A stretch of 64,000 bases of DNA from an uncultured Acidobacteriota bacterium (GTDB taxonomy: Bacteria > Acidobacteriota > Thermoanaerobaculia > Gp7-AA8), in assembly GCA_963741955.1 (NCBI GenBank), contig CAVUKB010000001.1:96001-160000 (forward strand), in the 5' to 3' direction. How positions within the stretch are numbered: position 1 is the first letter of the stretch; each line of letters starts with the position of its first letter. A model generated the notes under the pieces. The model saw only the letters and a list, made by a program, of their open reading frames with translations. It made no database searches and had not been told where the DNA came from. The position numbers and the translations under genes were made by a program. Shown in pieces: positions 1 through 10,103 of this stretch.

Positions 1-338
1 GTGCCGGGGAGCGATGGATGCAACCGAGCGGAGATCGTGCGGTTGATGAGCGCTCGGGATTACCGTCTCCCGCTCTCGGGAGGCACGGAGTTGCGGCGTA
101 ACGCGATCTCTCCCAGCGGCACGATCAGTGGTCATGGCACACATCGCTCGCGGCGGGACGCCGCTCGCCATCGCGCGAGACGCGCGACCCACAAGGCGCG
201 ACCCTCATGCGCGACCCACTCCCAGCTGCTTCGTGGCGAACCACCGTCGATCACCTCCTCGATTCCGCTTTGACAGAATGGCCGACTCGCTGTTTACTGT
301 TGCACCTCGCAGGCCCCCCGGCCTCTCGGAAGGAAGCC

Positions 339-1631
339 ATGGATCACGTACGAATCAACAGACTGAAGGACCATGTCGGGCAGGAAGTCGTCGTCGACGG
401 ATGGCTCTACAACAAGCGTGGATCGGGAAAGCTGATCTTCCCGATCATCCGCGACGGCAGCGGATATCTCCAGTGCGTCGTCTCGAAGAAGGAAGTCGAC
501 GAGGCGAGCTGGAACGCTGCGGACGGATCGACGCAGGAGTCGACGGTCCGGATCACCGGAACCGTCGCTGAAGAGGGTCGCGCGCCGGGCGGAGTCGAGC
601 TCCACGTCTCGAAATTCGAGCTGATGTGGAAAACCGAGGATTATCCGATCACTCCGAAGGAGCACGGAACCGCGTTCCTGATGGAGATCCGGCACCTCTG
701 GCTCCGCTCCTCGAAGCAACACGCGGTGCTGAAGATCCGGAGCGAGCTCGAACAGGCCTGCCGCGATTTCTTCTACCAGCACGACTTCGTCCTGATCGAT
801 TCTCCGATCCTGACCCCCGCCGCATGCGAGGGGACCTCGACTCTGTTCGAGACCGACTACTTCGGCGAGAAGGCGTATCTCTCCCAGTCCGGGCAGCTCT
901 ACCTCGAGCCTGCGGCCGCGGCATTCGGGAAGGTCTACTGTTTCGGTCCGACGTTCCGGGCGGAGAAGTCGAAGACGCGCCGGCATCTGATGGAGTTCTG
1001 GATGATCGAGCCGGAGGTTGCGTTCCTCGAGTTCGACGGCCTCCAGGACCTCGCCGAGAAGTTCGTCGAGTCGATCGTGTCGCGGACCGTCGACCGTTGC
1101 CAGGAGCAGCTGAAGATCCTCGAGCGCGACGTGACGAAGCTCGAGAACATCCGGCGCCCGTTCCCGCGCATCACGTATCGTGAGGCGGTCGACGTTCTGA
1201 AGGGGAAGGGCGTGGAGATCAACTTCGGCGACGACTTCGGAGGCGACGAGGAGACCATCCTCGCCGAGGCCTTCGACCGTCCGGTGATGGTCTCGCGTTA
1301 TCCGACCGCGATCAAGGCGTTCTACATGCAGCCCGATCCGAACGACCCCGACGTGGTGCTCGGGCTCGACATGCTCGCTCCCGAAGGTTATGGGGAGATC
1401 ATCGGCGGGTCGCAGCGCATCCACGACCATGATCTTCTTCTGCAGCGGATCAAGGAGCACGATCTGCCGGTCGAGGCGTTCCAGTGGTATCTCGACGTCC
1501 GTAAATACGGCTCCTTCCCTCATTCCGGCTTCGGCATGGGAATCGAACGGGTGGTGGCGTGGATCTCCGGCGTGAGGCACCTCCGGGAGACGATTCCCTA
1601 TCCGCGGATGCTGAACCGGATCTATCCTTGA
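339..1631 (+). CDS. asnS: Asparagine--tRNA ligase
   Basis: N-terminal OB fold; motifs [38 protein letters not shown]; GGAAGGAAG upstream of ATG 339. Confidence 0.93.
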   Translation: MDHVRINRLKDHVGQEVVVDGWLYNKRGSGKLIFPIIRDGSGYLQCVVSKKEVDEASWNAADGSTQESTVRITGTVAEEGRAPGGVELHVSKFELMWKTEDYPITPKEHGTAFLMEIRHLWLRSSKQHAVLKIRSELEQACRDFFYQHDFVLIDSPILTPAACEGTSTLFETDYFGEKAYLSQSGQLYLEPAAAAFGKVYCFGPTFRAEKSKTRRHLMEFWMIEPEVAFLEFDGLQDLAEKFVESIVSRTVDRCQEQLKILERDVTKLENIRRPFPRITYREAVDVLKGKGVEINFGDDFGGDEETILAEAFDRPVMVSRYPTAIKAFYMQPDPNDPDVVLGLDMLAPEGYGEIIGGSQRIHDHDLLLQRIKEHDLPVEAFQWYLDVRKYGSFPHSGFGMGIERVVAWISGVRHLRETIPYPRMLNRIYP

Positions 1632-1647
1632 TGCGGATCACTTTGAG

Positions 1648-3324
1648 GTGGACCGGGAATTGACCGATTCTGACAGCGTGCTTCGCGTCATCCCGATGGG
1701 GGGACTCGGCGAGTTCGGGATGAACATGATGATCTACGAGGCGGCGGGACGCCTCCTCGTGGTCGACTGCGGCATGATGTTCCCCGACTCGGCGACCCTC
1801 GGCGTGGACGTGATCATCCCCGACATGTCGTGGCTCTTCGATCGGGCCGATGACGTCGAGGCCATCTTCCTCACCCACGGACACGAGGACCACATCGGAG
1901 CGGTGCCGTTCCTGATCGAGCGAGTGCACGCTCCGGTGTACGGGACGCCGCTCACCCTGGCGTTCGTGCGGGACAAGCTCGAGGAGTTCGGCGACCGCGG
2001 CGCGGCCGAGCTCCGGGAGATCGCTCCGCGTCAGACGATCGAAGCGGGACCTTTCACCGTCGAGCCGATCCACGTCACTCACTCCATCGTCGACGCGCTG
2101 GCGTTCGCCATCCGTACGCCGCTCGGGGTGATCATCCACACCGGCGATTTCAAACTCGATCCCACTCCGCTGAGTGGCGACACCACCGACATGCTCCGTC
2201 TCGCCGCGTACGGCGAGGAAGGAGTGCTCCTTCTCTCCAGCGACTCGACGAATGCCGTGGTGGAGGGATATTCGCGTTCCGAGCGGGTGGTCGCGGAATC
2301 GTTCGACCGGATCGTCTCCGGCGCGAAGGGTCGGGTGATCATCACCACGTTCGCCTCCCACATCGACCGGATCCAGATCGCGGTCAACACGGCACGGAAG
2401 CACCGGCGGAAAGTCTTCTTTCTCGGTCGGTCGCTGGTCGAGAACGTCGAGACCGCGGAGTCACTCGGATGGCTGAGGATTCCACGCGAGGCACGCCCGA
2501 GTGGCCGGCTGATCGACGAGGATCCGCGGACTACCCTGGTCCTCACCACCGGAACTCAGGGGGAGCCGAACTCCGCTCTCGCGCGGATCGCGCTGAACGC
2601 GCACAAGGCGCTTCAGATCGAGAAGGGAGACACGGTGGTCCTGTCGGCACGGACCATTCCCGGGAACGATCTCGCGGTCATTCACATGCTCGACCATCTT
2701 TTCCATCGCGGGGCGTCGGTCGTCTACGACGAGGTGCCGGGCGTGCACGTCTCGGGACACGGATGCCGCGAAGAACTGAAGACGATGATCAATCTCACCC
2801 GGCCGCGCTTCTTCGTTCCGCTGCACGGGAACTTCAGGCATCTGGTGCGACACGGCGAGATCGCGGAGGAGGGAGGAATCGACCGTTCCCGGGTTCTGGT
2901 GCTCACGAATGGAGAGATCGCGGAGATCGACGGCGAGCGCGGCCGGATCCGCGAAGAGAAGGTCGAGACGGGGAAGGTGTTTATCGACGCTCAGTTCGAG
3001 GAAGTCTCGGAAGTGGTGGTCCGCGACCGCAAACATCTCGCCGAGGATGGCTTCGTCATCGTGGTGGCGGCATTGGATGTGAATACCGCGAAGTTGTCGC
3101 GCGAACCGGAGATCATCACCCGGGGTCTGGTGCACGTGGACGAGAGCGGGGAGATGCTCGACGAGGTCAGGGGCCTGATCCTCGAGATCTTTCAGGAGAA
3201 CGCCCCTGAAGAGATGCGCGATCCGGAGATCGTTCAGGAAAAGATGCGTGCGGTGTTGAAGCGCTACTTCAGAAAGAAACTGAACCGCCGGCCGATGATC
3301 CTGCCGGTGGTGTGGGAGATGTAA
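1648..3324 (+). CDS. rnj: Ribonuclease J
   Basis: GGLGEFGMN, THGHEDHIG, HTGDFK, HVSGH and C-terminal RRPMILP motifs. Confidence 0.95.
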   Translation: MDRELTDSDSVLRVIPMGGLGEFGMNMMIYEAAGRLLVVDCGMMFPDSATLGVDVIIPDMSWLFDRADDVEAIFLTHGHEDHIGAVPFLIERVHAPVYGTPLTLAFVRDKLEEFGDRGAAELREIAPRQTIEAGPFTVEPIHVTHSIVDALAFAIRTPLGVIIHTGDFKLDPTPLSGDTTDMLRLAAYGEEGVLLLSSDSTNAVVEGYSRSERVVAESFDRIVSGAKGRVIITTFASHIDRIQIAVNTARKHRRKVFFLGRSLVENVETAESLGWLRIPREARPSGRLIDEDPRTTLVLTTGTQGEPNSALARIALNAHKALQIEKGDTVVLSARTIPGNDLAVIHMLDHLFHRGASVVYDEVPGVHVSGHGCREELKTMINLTRPRFFVPLHGNFRHLVRHGEIAEEGGIDRSRVLVLTNGEIAEIDGERGRIREEKVETGKVFIDAQFEEVSEVVVRDRKHLAEDGFVIVVAALDVNTAKLSREPEIITRGLVHVDESGEMLDEVRGLILEIFQENAPEEMRDPEIVQEKMRAVLKRYFRKKLNRRPMILPVVWEM

Positions 3325-4155
3325 TTGAGCACACTGCAGGCGGTCGTTCTCGGTCTGGTTCAGGGACTCACGGAATACCTTCCCATCAGCTCCACGGCGC
3401 ATCTGAGAATCATTCCGGCGCTGATCGGCTGGAAAGATCCGGGAGCCGCGGCGTCGGCGGTGATCCAGCTCGGCACGGTCCTGGCGGTGATCATCTACTT
3501 TTTCCGCGACATCGTGGCGATCATCGTCGCCTTCGTTCGCGGGATCGTGACGGGGAAACCCTTCGCGGATCCCGAAGCACGGCTGGGGTGGTACATCGGC
3601 ATCGGCACCATTCCGGTGGTGGTCCTGGGGCTCGGGCTGAAGAAGTGGATCGAGACGACGTTCCGAAGTCTCTGGATCGAGGCGTTCTCGCTGATTCTTC
3701 TCGCGCTGGTTCTCGGCGTGGCCGAGCTTTGGGCCCGGAAGCGCGCGGAGCGGACGATGGAAGACGTGAGCATCGGGGATTCTCTCTCCATAGGGTTCGC
3801 GCAATGCCTCGCACTCGTTCCCGGGATGTCACGCAGCGGCTCGACGATCATGGCGGGTCTGTTCCGGAAGATGACCCACGAAGGTGCTGCGCGGTTCTCG
3901 TTTCTCCTCGGGATCCCTGCGATCTTCGGCGCAGGCGTGTACGAGCTGATCGGCGAGCGGCATCATCTCGCGGAGCTGGGATGGGGATCCATCGCGATCT
4001 CCATCGCCGTCTCGTTCGTGGTGGGGTGGGCCTCGATCTATTTCCTGTTGCGTTTCCTGAAGACGCACACGACCTGGGTCTTCATCTGGTACCGCATCGC
4101 ACTCGGCGTGCTGGTGATCGGGCTCCTGCTGGCCGGAATCCTCAAACCGGTGTGA
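3325..4155 (+). CDS. uppP: Undecaprenyl-diphosphatase (BacA family)
   Basis: VQGLTEYLPISSTAHL and PGMSRSGSTI motifs; hydrophobic. Confidence 0.95.
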   Translation: MSTLQAVVLGLVQGLTEYLPISSTAHLRIIPALIGWKDPGAAASAVIQLGTVLAVIIYFFRDIVAIIVAFVRGIVTGKPFADPEARLGWYIGIGTIPVVVLGLGLKKWIETTFRSLWIEAFSLILLALVLGVAELWARKRAERTMEDVSIGDSLSIGFAQCLALVPGMSRSGSTIMAGLFRKMTHEGAARFSFLLGIPAIFGAGVYELIGERHHLAELGWGSIAISIAVSFVVGWASIYFLLRFLKTHTTWVFIWYRIALGVLVIGLLLAGILKPV

Positions 4156-4247
4156 TCTCGCAGCCCGAGACTCCCGCGCGACCGGCGAGGGAGGTAAGGG
4201 TCGATCCCGCGTCGCACGAGCTCTATCGCTTCGATATAATCGCGTTC

Positions 4248-4451
4248 ATGAACCGCCGTTCGCGCTACCTCGTTCGGAAGATTCGACTCTCCGAGGAAGG
4301 TGGTGACGACGATGTTCGCAGTCTCCCTCCGGGCGAGCGTCTGGAAATGGTCGAACAGCTGACGCGGGATGCATGGGCCTTCCATGCCCGAGGTGAACGT
4401 GAATCGCGACTATCTCGAGATGTTGGATGCGTTATCCGCCGCGGGCGCTGA
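4248..4451 (+). CDS. Small protein, probable partner/antitoxin of the downstream nucleotidyltransferase
   Basis: 67 aa containing RSLPPGERLEMVEQL; TATAAT at 4235-4240, 7 nt before ATG; overlaps the nucleotidyltransferase remnant. Confidence 0.55.
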   Translation: MNRRSRYLVRKIRLSEEGGDDDVRSLPPGERLEMVEQLTRDAWAFHARGERESRLSRDVGCVIRRGR

Positions 4452-4500
4452 GTTTCTCGTCGTAGGCGCTCACGCCGTTGCGGTCCATGCGAGACCGCGG
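4399..4500 (+). pseudogene. Truncated nucleotidyltransferase-family gene (N-terminus only)
   Basis: VNRDYLEMLDALSAAGAEFLVVGAHAVAVHARPR matches the G-x-x-A...H-x-x-PR start of this family; the expected T-x-D-x-D catalytic motif does not follow. Confidence 0.6.
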
Positions 4501-4589
4501 CCTCGAATTCCAAACCCTCACGGGGAGGAGCCACGATTGCAGGAACGCAACCGTTGGCTTCCGGCGACTCGCCTGTTTCTACCGACGGG

Positions 4590-4638
4590 GCGCCGCGGCT
4601 TCCGCCGCGGCGGGCACGGCGGAAGCCGTGCCGCACCA
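4590..4638. repeat. REP-like double hairpin (family D), second copy at 20270-20320
   Basis: CGCCGCGGC-TTCC-GCCGCGGCG followed by GGCACGGC-GGAA-GCCGTGCC then GCACCA. Confidence 0.65.
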
Positions 4639-4747
4639 GTTGCGACACCTCAATGAATCTCCCCGCTGCCCCACTCTCTCGCGGCGGGCATTTCTACCGT
4701 GCAGACACGGGGTCCGCGCTGCGGCCGCGGAGGTCGCGCGGACGGCG

Positions 4748-5311
4748 TCAGTGGGCCGTCGCGGCGCCGGAGGGCGTTTCCGCCGTCGTCGCCTCGTCAT
4801 CCACGAGGATCATGATGTCGTGGAGGTTCCGGTACTTTTCCCCGTAGTCGAGGCCGTAGCCGACCACGAAGTGCGGTTCGATCGTGAACCCGACGTAGTC
4901 CGGGACGAAGGGAACGCGACGGCTGGCGGGCTTGTCGAGACAGGTGGCCACCCGGACCACGGCCGCGCCACGCCCTTCGATGTACTTGTAGACCTCGCGC
5001 ATCGACAGACCGCTGTCGATGATGTCCTCCACGATCAGCACGGCCTTCCCGCGCATGTCGAGCTGGGGCTCCTTGAGGATGGTCACCACGCCGGAGGACG
5101 ATTTCCGGTCTCCGTAGCTGGAGACCTGGATGAAGTCGAGCGCCACGTCCACGCTCATGGCCCGGACCAGGTCGCAGGCGAAGAAGACGCCTCCCTTGAG
5201 AACGCAGAGGGCGATGATCTCGTGTCCCGCAAGGTCGGCGCTGATGAGCTCCCCGAGCTCGCGGGTCCTTTTGTCGATCTCTTGACGGGGGATTAGGGTC
5301 CTGAACGCCAT
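4748..5311 (-). CDS. hpt: Hypoxanthine phosphoribosyltransferase
   Basis: VLKGG, VLIVEDIIDSG and FVVGYGLDY motifs. Confidence 0.95.
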   Translation of the reverse strand: MAFRTLIPRQEIDKRTRELGELISADLAGHEIIALCVLKGGVFFACDLVRAMSVDVALDFIQVSSYGDRKSSSGVVTILKEPQLDMRGKAVLIVEDIIDSGLSMREVYKYIEGRGAAVVRVATCLDKPASRRVPFVPDYVGFTIEPHFVVGYGLDYGEKYRNLHDIMILVDDEATTAETPSGAATAH

Positions 5312-5347
5312 CTGTGCCAGAATTCTAACAGAAGATCGGAGACGCGA

Positions 5348-6925
5348 ATGTCAGTTGCGGATATCAGCAGGTTGCACTCGATGTATGTGCGCCTGTCCGA
5401 TGAATTCAAGTCGCTCTGGACCTTCCATCAATTCGCGGCGGGAGTGTTCAAGAGTGTCTTTCAGAAGCCGGCTCCGTACGAGATCCGGTTTCAGGAAATC
5501 TACGAGGAGATCCGCAAAGCCAGCGACATGATCCAGTCGGCCTTTCCGGCCGACGCGTTGAAGATGATGCAGAAGAGCGAGGGCGAGCTTCAGCGGGCCG
5601 GAGTTCAGCTGCTGAAGGCCGATGCCGAGATCGGGGCCTCCGTTCTGCGCCGTTTCTTCGAGCGGCTGCGCCAGCAGGACGAGAAGATCATCTTCAATCT
5701 GATCAAGTTCTATTTCTACGTCGATTCAGTGAATGGCGAGCAGCGCGACAAGATCGACTTTCTGTTCACCCGGATCGGCGAGGAGTACATCGAGGATCGT
5801 GACGAATACTCGACCCGCGATTCGCTCGAACTGCGCAGCCAGATGCAGGGACTTCTCGCGATCCGCCCGATCGAGACTCCCTCGCCCGGTCAGCTCGAGA
5901 CGCTGATCGAGACGATTCAGCTGATCCGCAACGAGATTCACCGTGCGGCGACGTTCGAGGAGCTCTCGGAGCTCAACCTGGTCAAGCGCATTCGTGAGCT
6001 GAAGCACCGGATCGGTGATCTCTACTTCCATCCCGACGTTCTTCTTCCGATCATCGACTGCAACGTCACGGCGAAGAACCGGTTCCGGAAGCTCTACCTG
6101 ATGGAAGAGCAGCGCATCATTCACGATTCGAGCAAGCTGCTGGCGAATGAGGAAGCCATCGCCCGCAGCTTCGGTCAGAGCAACCCGGAGCTGATTGGTG
6201 AGCTGCAGCGCTTCAAGGAATTCAAGGAGAAGTTCGACGAATCGCGTGCGACCTCGAACGTCAAACAGGACGTCATCACCCGTCTGAAGGCGTCGATGAA
6301 CAGCATTCTCAACCAGCTCGACCACGACCTCGTCCCCGAGCGCGACCATCACGACCAGAGTCCGGCGTCCATTCTCCTCGATGAGGCGCAGCGGACCGAC
6401 CGGATCGAGTCGAAGTTCGGCCAGGATCCGGTCCTCCAGCCCTATCTCACCCGGATGCTCTCGGTGCTCGAGTTCTTCCCCGACGACGCATCCAGCGAGC
6501 GCATCGCGAACGCTCCGGAGACGAGCGGCCTCCGTCTGGAGCCGTGGGAGGTCGCGGCGTACCAGAAGGTCTTCGGAACCCGCTCCCTGGTGGAGAATGA
6601 GACCGAAGATCTGATGGTCATCTTCCTCCGCGCGGCGGCGCTCCGCATCAAGGTGGAGGAAGAGGCACGCCAGCTCGCCGCACTTCCTTCCGGTGGGTCA
6701 CCGACGAACGAGTTCCTCCGCTCCGTTCGTGAGACGCTCGAGCGTGCGCGAGAGCTCGACGCTGAGCTCAAGGCCTTTCTCCACGAATCGATGTTCGATT
6801 CCGAATCCCACCTTCTCCGTTGCCTCTACCGCTCCCGCCTCCGCCTCCTCCGCGGATTCTCCGGTCTCTGGCTGGTTCACGACCAGTACGCGTCCGGGCC
6901 TCCACGGCGCTCGGGAGAGATTTGA
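5348..6925 (+). CDS. Hypothetical all-helical protein (525 aa)
   Basis: Long ORF with coding-type codon bias; no recognisable motif. Confidence 0.8.
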   Translation: MSVADISRLHSMYVRLSDEFKSLWTFHQFAAGVFKSVFQKPAPYEIRFQEIYEEIRKASDMIQSAFPADALKMMQKSEGELQRAGVQLLKADAEIGASVLRRFFERLRQQDEKIIFNLIKFYFYVDSVNGEQRDKIDFLFTRIGEEYIEDRDEYSTRDSLELRSQMQGLLAIRPIETPSPGQLETLIETIQLIRNEIHRAATFEELSELNLVKRIRELKHRIGDLYFHPDVLLPIIDCNVTAKNRFRKLYLMEEQRIIHDSSKLLANEEAIARSFGQSNPELIGELQRFKEFKEKFDESRATSNVKQDVITRLKASMNSILNQLDHDLVPERDHHDQSPASILLDEAQRTDRIESKFGQDPVLQPYLTRMLSVLEFFPDDASSERIANAPETSGLRLEPWEVAAYQKVFGTRSLVENETEDLMVIFLRAAALRIKVEEEARQLAALPSGGSPTNEFLRSVRETLERARELDAELKAFLHESMFDSESHLLRCLYRSRLRLLRGFSGLWLVHDQYASGPPRRSGEI

Positions 6926-6928
6926 AGG

Positions 6929-6997
6929 CATCTGATATCTGGTATCTGGTATCTGATATCTGATATCTGGTATCGGGTAACTGATATCTGGTATCGG
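6929..6997. repeat. Heptamer tandem array (TATCTGG/TATCTGA)
   Basis: About 9-10 imperfect 7-mers immediately after the stop at 6925. Confidence 0.9.
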
Positions 6998-7151
6998 GGT
7001 CATCGTCGAGCCGACTCGCCGTGAGAGCCTGAATCGCAGCTCCGACTGATGCAGAATCCGGAGCGGATGGAGAGTATGATCCAGCGGTTTGAAGTTTCAC
7101 TCGTCCGTACTGCTTAAACGTACACGAATCACATCACGCGTAATATCACCA

Positions 7152-7208
7152 CATAAGATAACAGATAACAGATAACAGATAATAGATAATAGATAATAGA
7201 TAATAGAT
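7152..7208. repeat. Heptamer tandem array (AGATAAC/AGATAAT)
   Basis: About 8 units running directly into ATG 7209. Confidence 0.9.
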
Positions 7209-7976
7209 ATGAAAATCTATCGCTACGAACACAAGGGTCACATCTTCTGGGGAAAGGGTCAGGGCGAGTCGGTCACGCCGGTGGGCGCAGGGTCGGCCGC
7301 GGAGGTACCCACTGCCGTTCCGGCCGGAGATCCGCTCTCCCTCTCCTCGGTCCGCATACTCAACCCCGTCGTTCCCACCAAGATCGTGGCCGTCGGCCGC
7401 AACTACGCGGAGCATGCGAAAGAGCTCGGAAACGAAGCTCCTCCTGAACCGATCCTCTTTCTCAAGCCGCCCTCGTCGCTCAATGATCCGGGCGGCCGCA
7501 TCGAGATGCCGCCGCAGTCCTCGCGGGTCGATTACGAAGGCGAGCTGGCGGTGGCGATCGGCAGGCGGGCCCGCCGGGTGCGCGCCTCCGAGTGGCGTCA
7601 GTACGTGCTCGGGTTCTCCTGCGCGAACGACGTCACCGCGCGGGACCTCCAGAAGAAGGACGTACAGTTCACCCGCGGGAAGAGCTTCGACACGTTCTGT
7701 CCGATCGGACCGTGTATCGAGACCGATCTCGATCCTGCAGATCTCGCGCTCACCACCAGAGTGAATGGTGAGATCCGCCAGGACAGTCGCACCTCCCGGA
7801 TGATCTTCGGCGTTCCGTTTCTTCTCGAGTTCATCAGTGGAGTGATGACGCTCGAGCCGGGAGACGTGATTCTCACCGGAACGCCGGCGGGAGTCGGGCC
7901 GGTCGCCGACGGCGACGTGATCGAGGTGGAGATCGAAGGGATCGGAGTGCTGAGGAACCCGGTCGGCGCGCGCTGA
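7209..7976 (+). CDS. Fumarylacetoacetate hydrolase family protein
   Basis: KIVAVGRNYAEH, DYEGELAV, NDVTARD, GKSFDTF and GDVILTGTPAGV motifs. Confidence 0.92.
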   Translation: MKIYRYEHKGHIFWGKGQGESVTPVGAGSAAEVPTAVPAGDPLSLSSVRILNPVVPTKIVAVGRNYAEHAKELGNEAPPEPILFLKPPSSLNDPGGRIEMPPQSSRVDYEGELAVAIGRRARRVRASEWRQYVLGFSCANDVTARDLQKKDVQFTRGKSFDTFCPIGPCIETDLDPADLALTTRVNGEIRQDSRTSRMIFGVPFLLEFISGVMTLEPGDVILTGTPAGVGPVADGDVIEVEIEGIGVLRNPVGAR

Positions 7977-7977
7977 G

Positions 7978-9144
7978 ATGACCGACTCGCCGCTCGTTCG
8001 CGCACTCGCTCGGGTGTATCCGGAGATCGATTCGCTCTCCGCGGGAGTCTGGCTCGTCGGCGGCGTGGTCCGCGACGCGCTTCTCGGTTCTGCGCCGGTG
8101 GACGTCGATCTGGCGGCACACCACGCGGCGGCGGCGGCGGAGCTCTTCGCCCGCCGGACGCGCGGCCGGCTGGTCGATCTCGGGCGCGACCGCTTCGCGA
8201 CGTGGCGCGTAGTGGTGGGCGAGCGGGAATACGACTTCTCCGAGATCGTCGGCGCGTCGATCGAAGAGGACCTCGGGCGCCGCGACTTCACCGTGAACGC
8301 GATGGCCATCGACGTGGAGACGGGAGCGATCCTCGATCCGTTCGGCGGAGCCCGCGATCTCGAGTCGCGCATCCTCCGGATGGTGCGGGAGGCGAACTTC
8401 TCGGATGATCCGCTCCGCACCCTCAAGGGCGTGCGGATGACGGTCACTCCCGCTCTGAGACCCGAACCGGCGACCCTCGAGGCGATGGCGCGTCATGCTC
8501 CGGAGCTCGCGACCGTCGCGCCGGAGCGTGTCTCCTCCGAGCTCGAACGGATCTTCGCCTCGGGACGCGTCTCCGACGCCGTGCCGCTGATTCGCCGTCT
8601 CGCGCTCGACCGGATCCTCTTCGACCGCCAGTGGACGGACGAGACGGAGCGGCAGCTCGCGGCACTCGACACCAGCGATCCGGTGCTGATCTACGCGACT
8701 CTCCTCCGCGGCGGCTCGGCGGAGTCACTCGACGCGGTTGCTGCCCGGTGGCGCTGGAGCGGACAGATGCGGCAGGGCGTTCGTGCGCTGCGGCGGCTCG
8801 CGGAATCCGTCCGCGGCGGCGCGCACGATCCGCGGCGTCTGTTGATCGACCTCCACGACGCCGGACGCGACACGTCGTTGCGCTTGATCGAACTGCTGCG
8901 CGCGGAAGGAGCGGTCGACCTGGCAGCCCGCGTGAAGAGTGCGATCGATTCGCGGCGCGACTCGCTGTTCGACGTCGAGCCGCTCCTCGGCGGAAGCGAG
9001 ATTCAGGAGATCACCGGAACCGCTCCCGGTCCGGAGATCGGAAGAATCAAGCGCGCCCTCATCGAGGCGCAGATCGCAGGCGAGGTGCATGATCCCGAAG
9101 ATGCGGGACGGCTCGTCCGTCACCTCGCAGAGGATCCCGACTGA
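7978..9144 (+). CDS. Class II tRNA nucleotidyltransferase, probably CC-adding type
   Basis: VGGVVRD..DVDL, EEDLGRRDFTVNAMA and DDPLR motifs; short segment before EDxxRRD. Confidence 0.8.
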   Translation: MTDSPLVRALARVYPEIDSLSAGVWLVGGVVRDALLGSAPVDVDLAAHHAAAAAELFARRTRGRLVDLGRDRFATWRVVVGEREYDFSEIVGASIEEDLGRRDFTVNAMAIDVETGAILDPFGGARDLESRILRMVREANFSDDPLRTLKGVRMTVTPALRPEPATLEAMARHAPELATVAPERVSSELERIFASGRVSDAVPLIRRLALDRILFDRQWTDETERQLAALDTSDPVLIYATLLRGGSAESLDAVAARWRWSGQMRQGVRALRRLAESVRGGAHDPRRLLIDLHDAGRDTSLRLIELLRAEGAVDLAARVKSAIDSRRDSLFDVEPLLGGSEIQEITGTAPGPEIGRIKRALIEAQIAGEVHDPEDAGRLVRHLAEDPD

Positions 9145-9150
9145 GCTGGT

Positions 9151-9828
9151 TCAGTGACTCAGGTCGAGACGGATCTCGCCCACTTCGACCGTCACTCGCA
9201 GCGTCGCCTTCCCGCCTTCGTTGAAGAACTGCATCCGTCCGGCGAAGAGCCCCTCTTTGGTGACGATGCGGTCGCCGATGTTGGTGATGGTTTTCCCGAC
9301 CCGCGCCCCGGCGTTGACCTCCCGGATCTGCTGTCTCGGCGCCGTGACCGTGACGTTGCCGACGCGAAGGTTCAGATCCATGTTCGCGTACTCGCCGCTC
9401 ACCGAGAGGTCGCCGACTTTCTGATGAACCTCGAGGTTGACGTGACGCGGAATGGTGATGCGTACCGTGAGCTCGGTTCGATTGTTGCGCGCCCAGCGGC
9501 TGGAGGCGGCGGGGCCATGCGCCGGAACGATCGTCATTCTGCTGCCGCGACGGTTGATCCGAACCGCAGTGTCGTCGACGATCTCCTGGAGACGCACCCG
9601 GTCCCCCTCGTCGTGTACCTCTCGGCTGGCGGTTCCACTGACCGAGATCGTCGCGGCGTCCCCGTTGACGATCTCGATCTCTGCGACCGGGATCTCGATC
9701 GAGATCCGGAGCACTCCTTCTGCCGGACTGCTGGTCTGAAACTGGTGGCTCACGGTCGCGTCGGCGAAGCCGGCCACGGGCAGCAGCAGCGCTGCCACCG
9801 AAAATCCGATCGTGCTGAGTGTTCGCAT
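9151..9828 (-). CDS. Secreted hypothetical protein (DUF4097/adhesin-like beta repeats)
   Basis: Signal peptide; repeated V-G-x-I/V-x-L beta motifs; GGGAGG RBS. Confidence 0.7.
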   Translation of the reverse strand: MRTLSTIGFSVAALLLPVAGFADATVSHQFQTSSPAEGVLRISIEIPVAEIEIVNGDAATISVSGTASREVHDEGDRVRLQEIVDDTAVRINRRGSRMTIVPAHGPAASSRWARNNRTELTVRITIPRHVNLEVHQKVGDLSVSGEYANMDLNLRVGNVTVTAPRQQIREVNAGARVGKTITNIGDRIVTKEGLFAGRMQFFNEGGKATLRVTVEVGEIRLDLSH

Positions 9829-9968
9829 CACGTCCTCCCTCCCTGAATGATAACGATCGAAGTGCCGGTGAGGTTTCGGCCGGCGGTTGTGAATCGTGGA
9901 CTGCCGGTTGCGCCGCCGGGGGTCCTGGGCACCGATTGCGGGCGTCGTCGGGTGTGGCTGACACGCGG

Positions 9969-10000
9969 AAAAAGAGAGAGGACTCCTCACGGAGTCCTCT
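9969..10000 (-). terminator. Intrinsic terminator downstream of the 23-aa Lys-rich gene
   Basis: Stem AGAGGACTCC-TCAC-GGAGTCCTCT followed by a T-run on the minus strand. Confidence 0.8.
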
Positions 10001-10031
10001 TCCTTACAGAAATCAGTGGTTGCTGATGCGG

Positions 10032-10103
10032 TTATTTCTTTTTCGTCTTTGCTTTGCTGGTGGACTTGGCGGCCTTCTTAGCCGGCGCCTTCTTCGTGGC
10101 CAT
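10032..10103 (-). CDS. 23-aa lysine-rich micro-protein MATKKAPAKKAAKSTSKAKTKKK (below ORF-track cutoff)
   Basis: AAAGGTGGTG RBS before ATG; own promoter and terminator; N-terminus resembles 57232-57474. Confidence 0.7.
   Translation of the reverse strand: MATKKAPAKKAAKSTSKAKTKKK

Noticed and set aside
1-338. T-box or riboswitch upstream of asnS; short ORFs at 1-571
   Set aside because: No T-box consensus or terminator; ORFs lack coding character; only a weak TTGACA at 270
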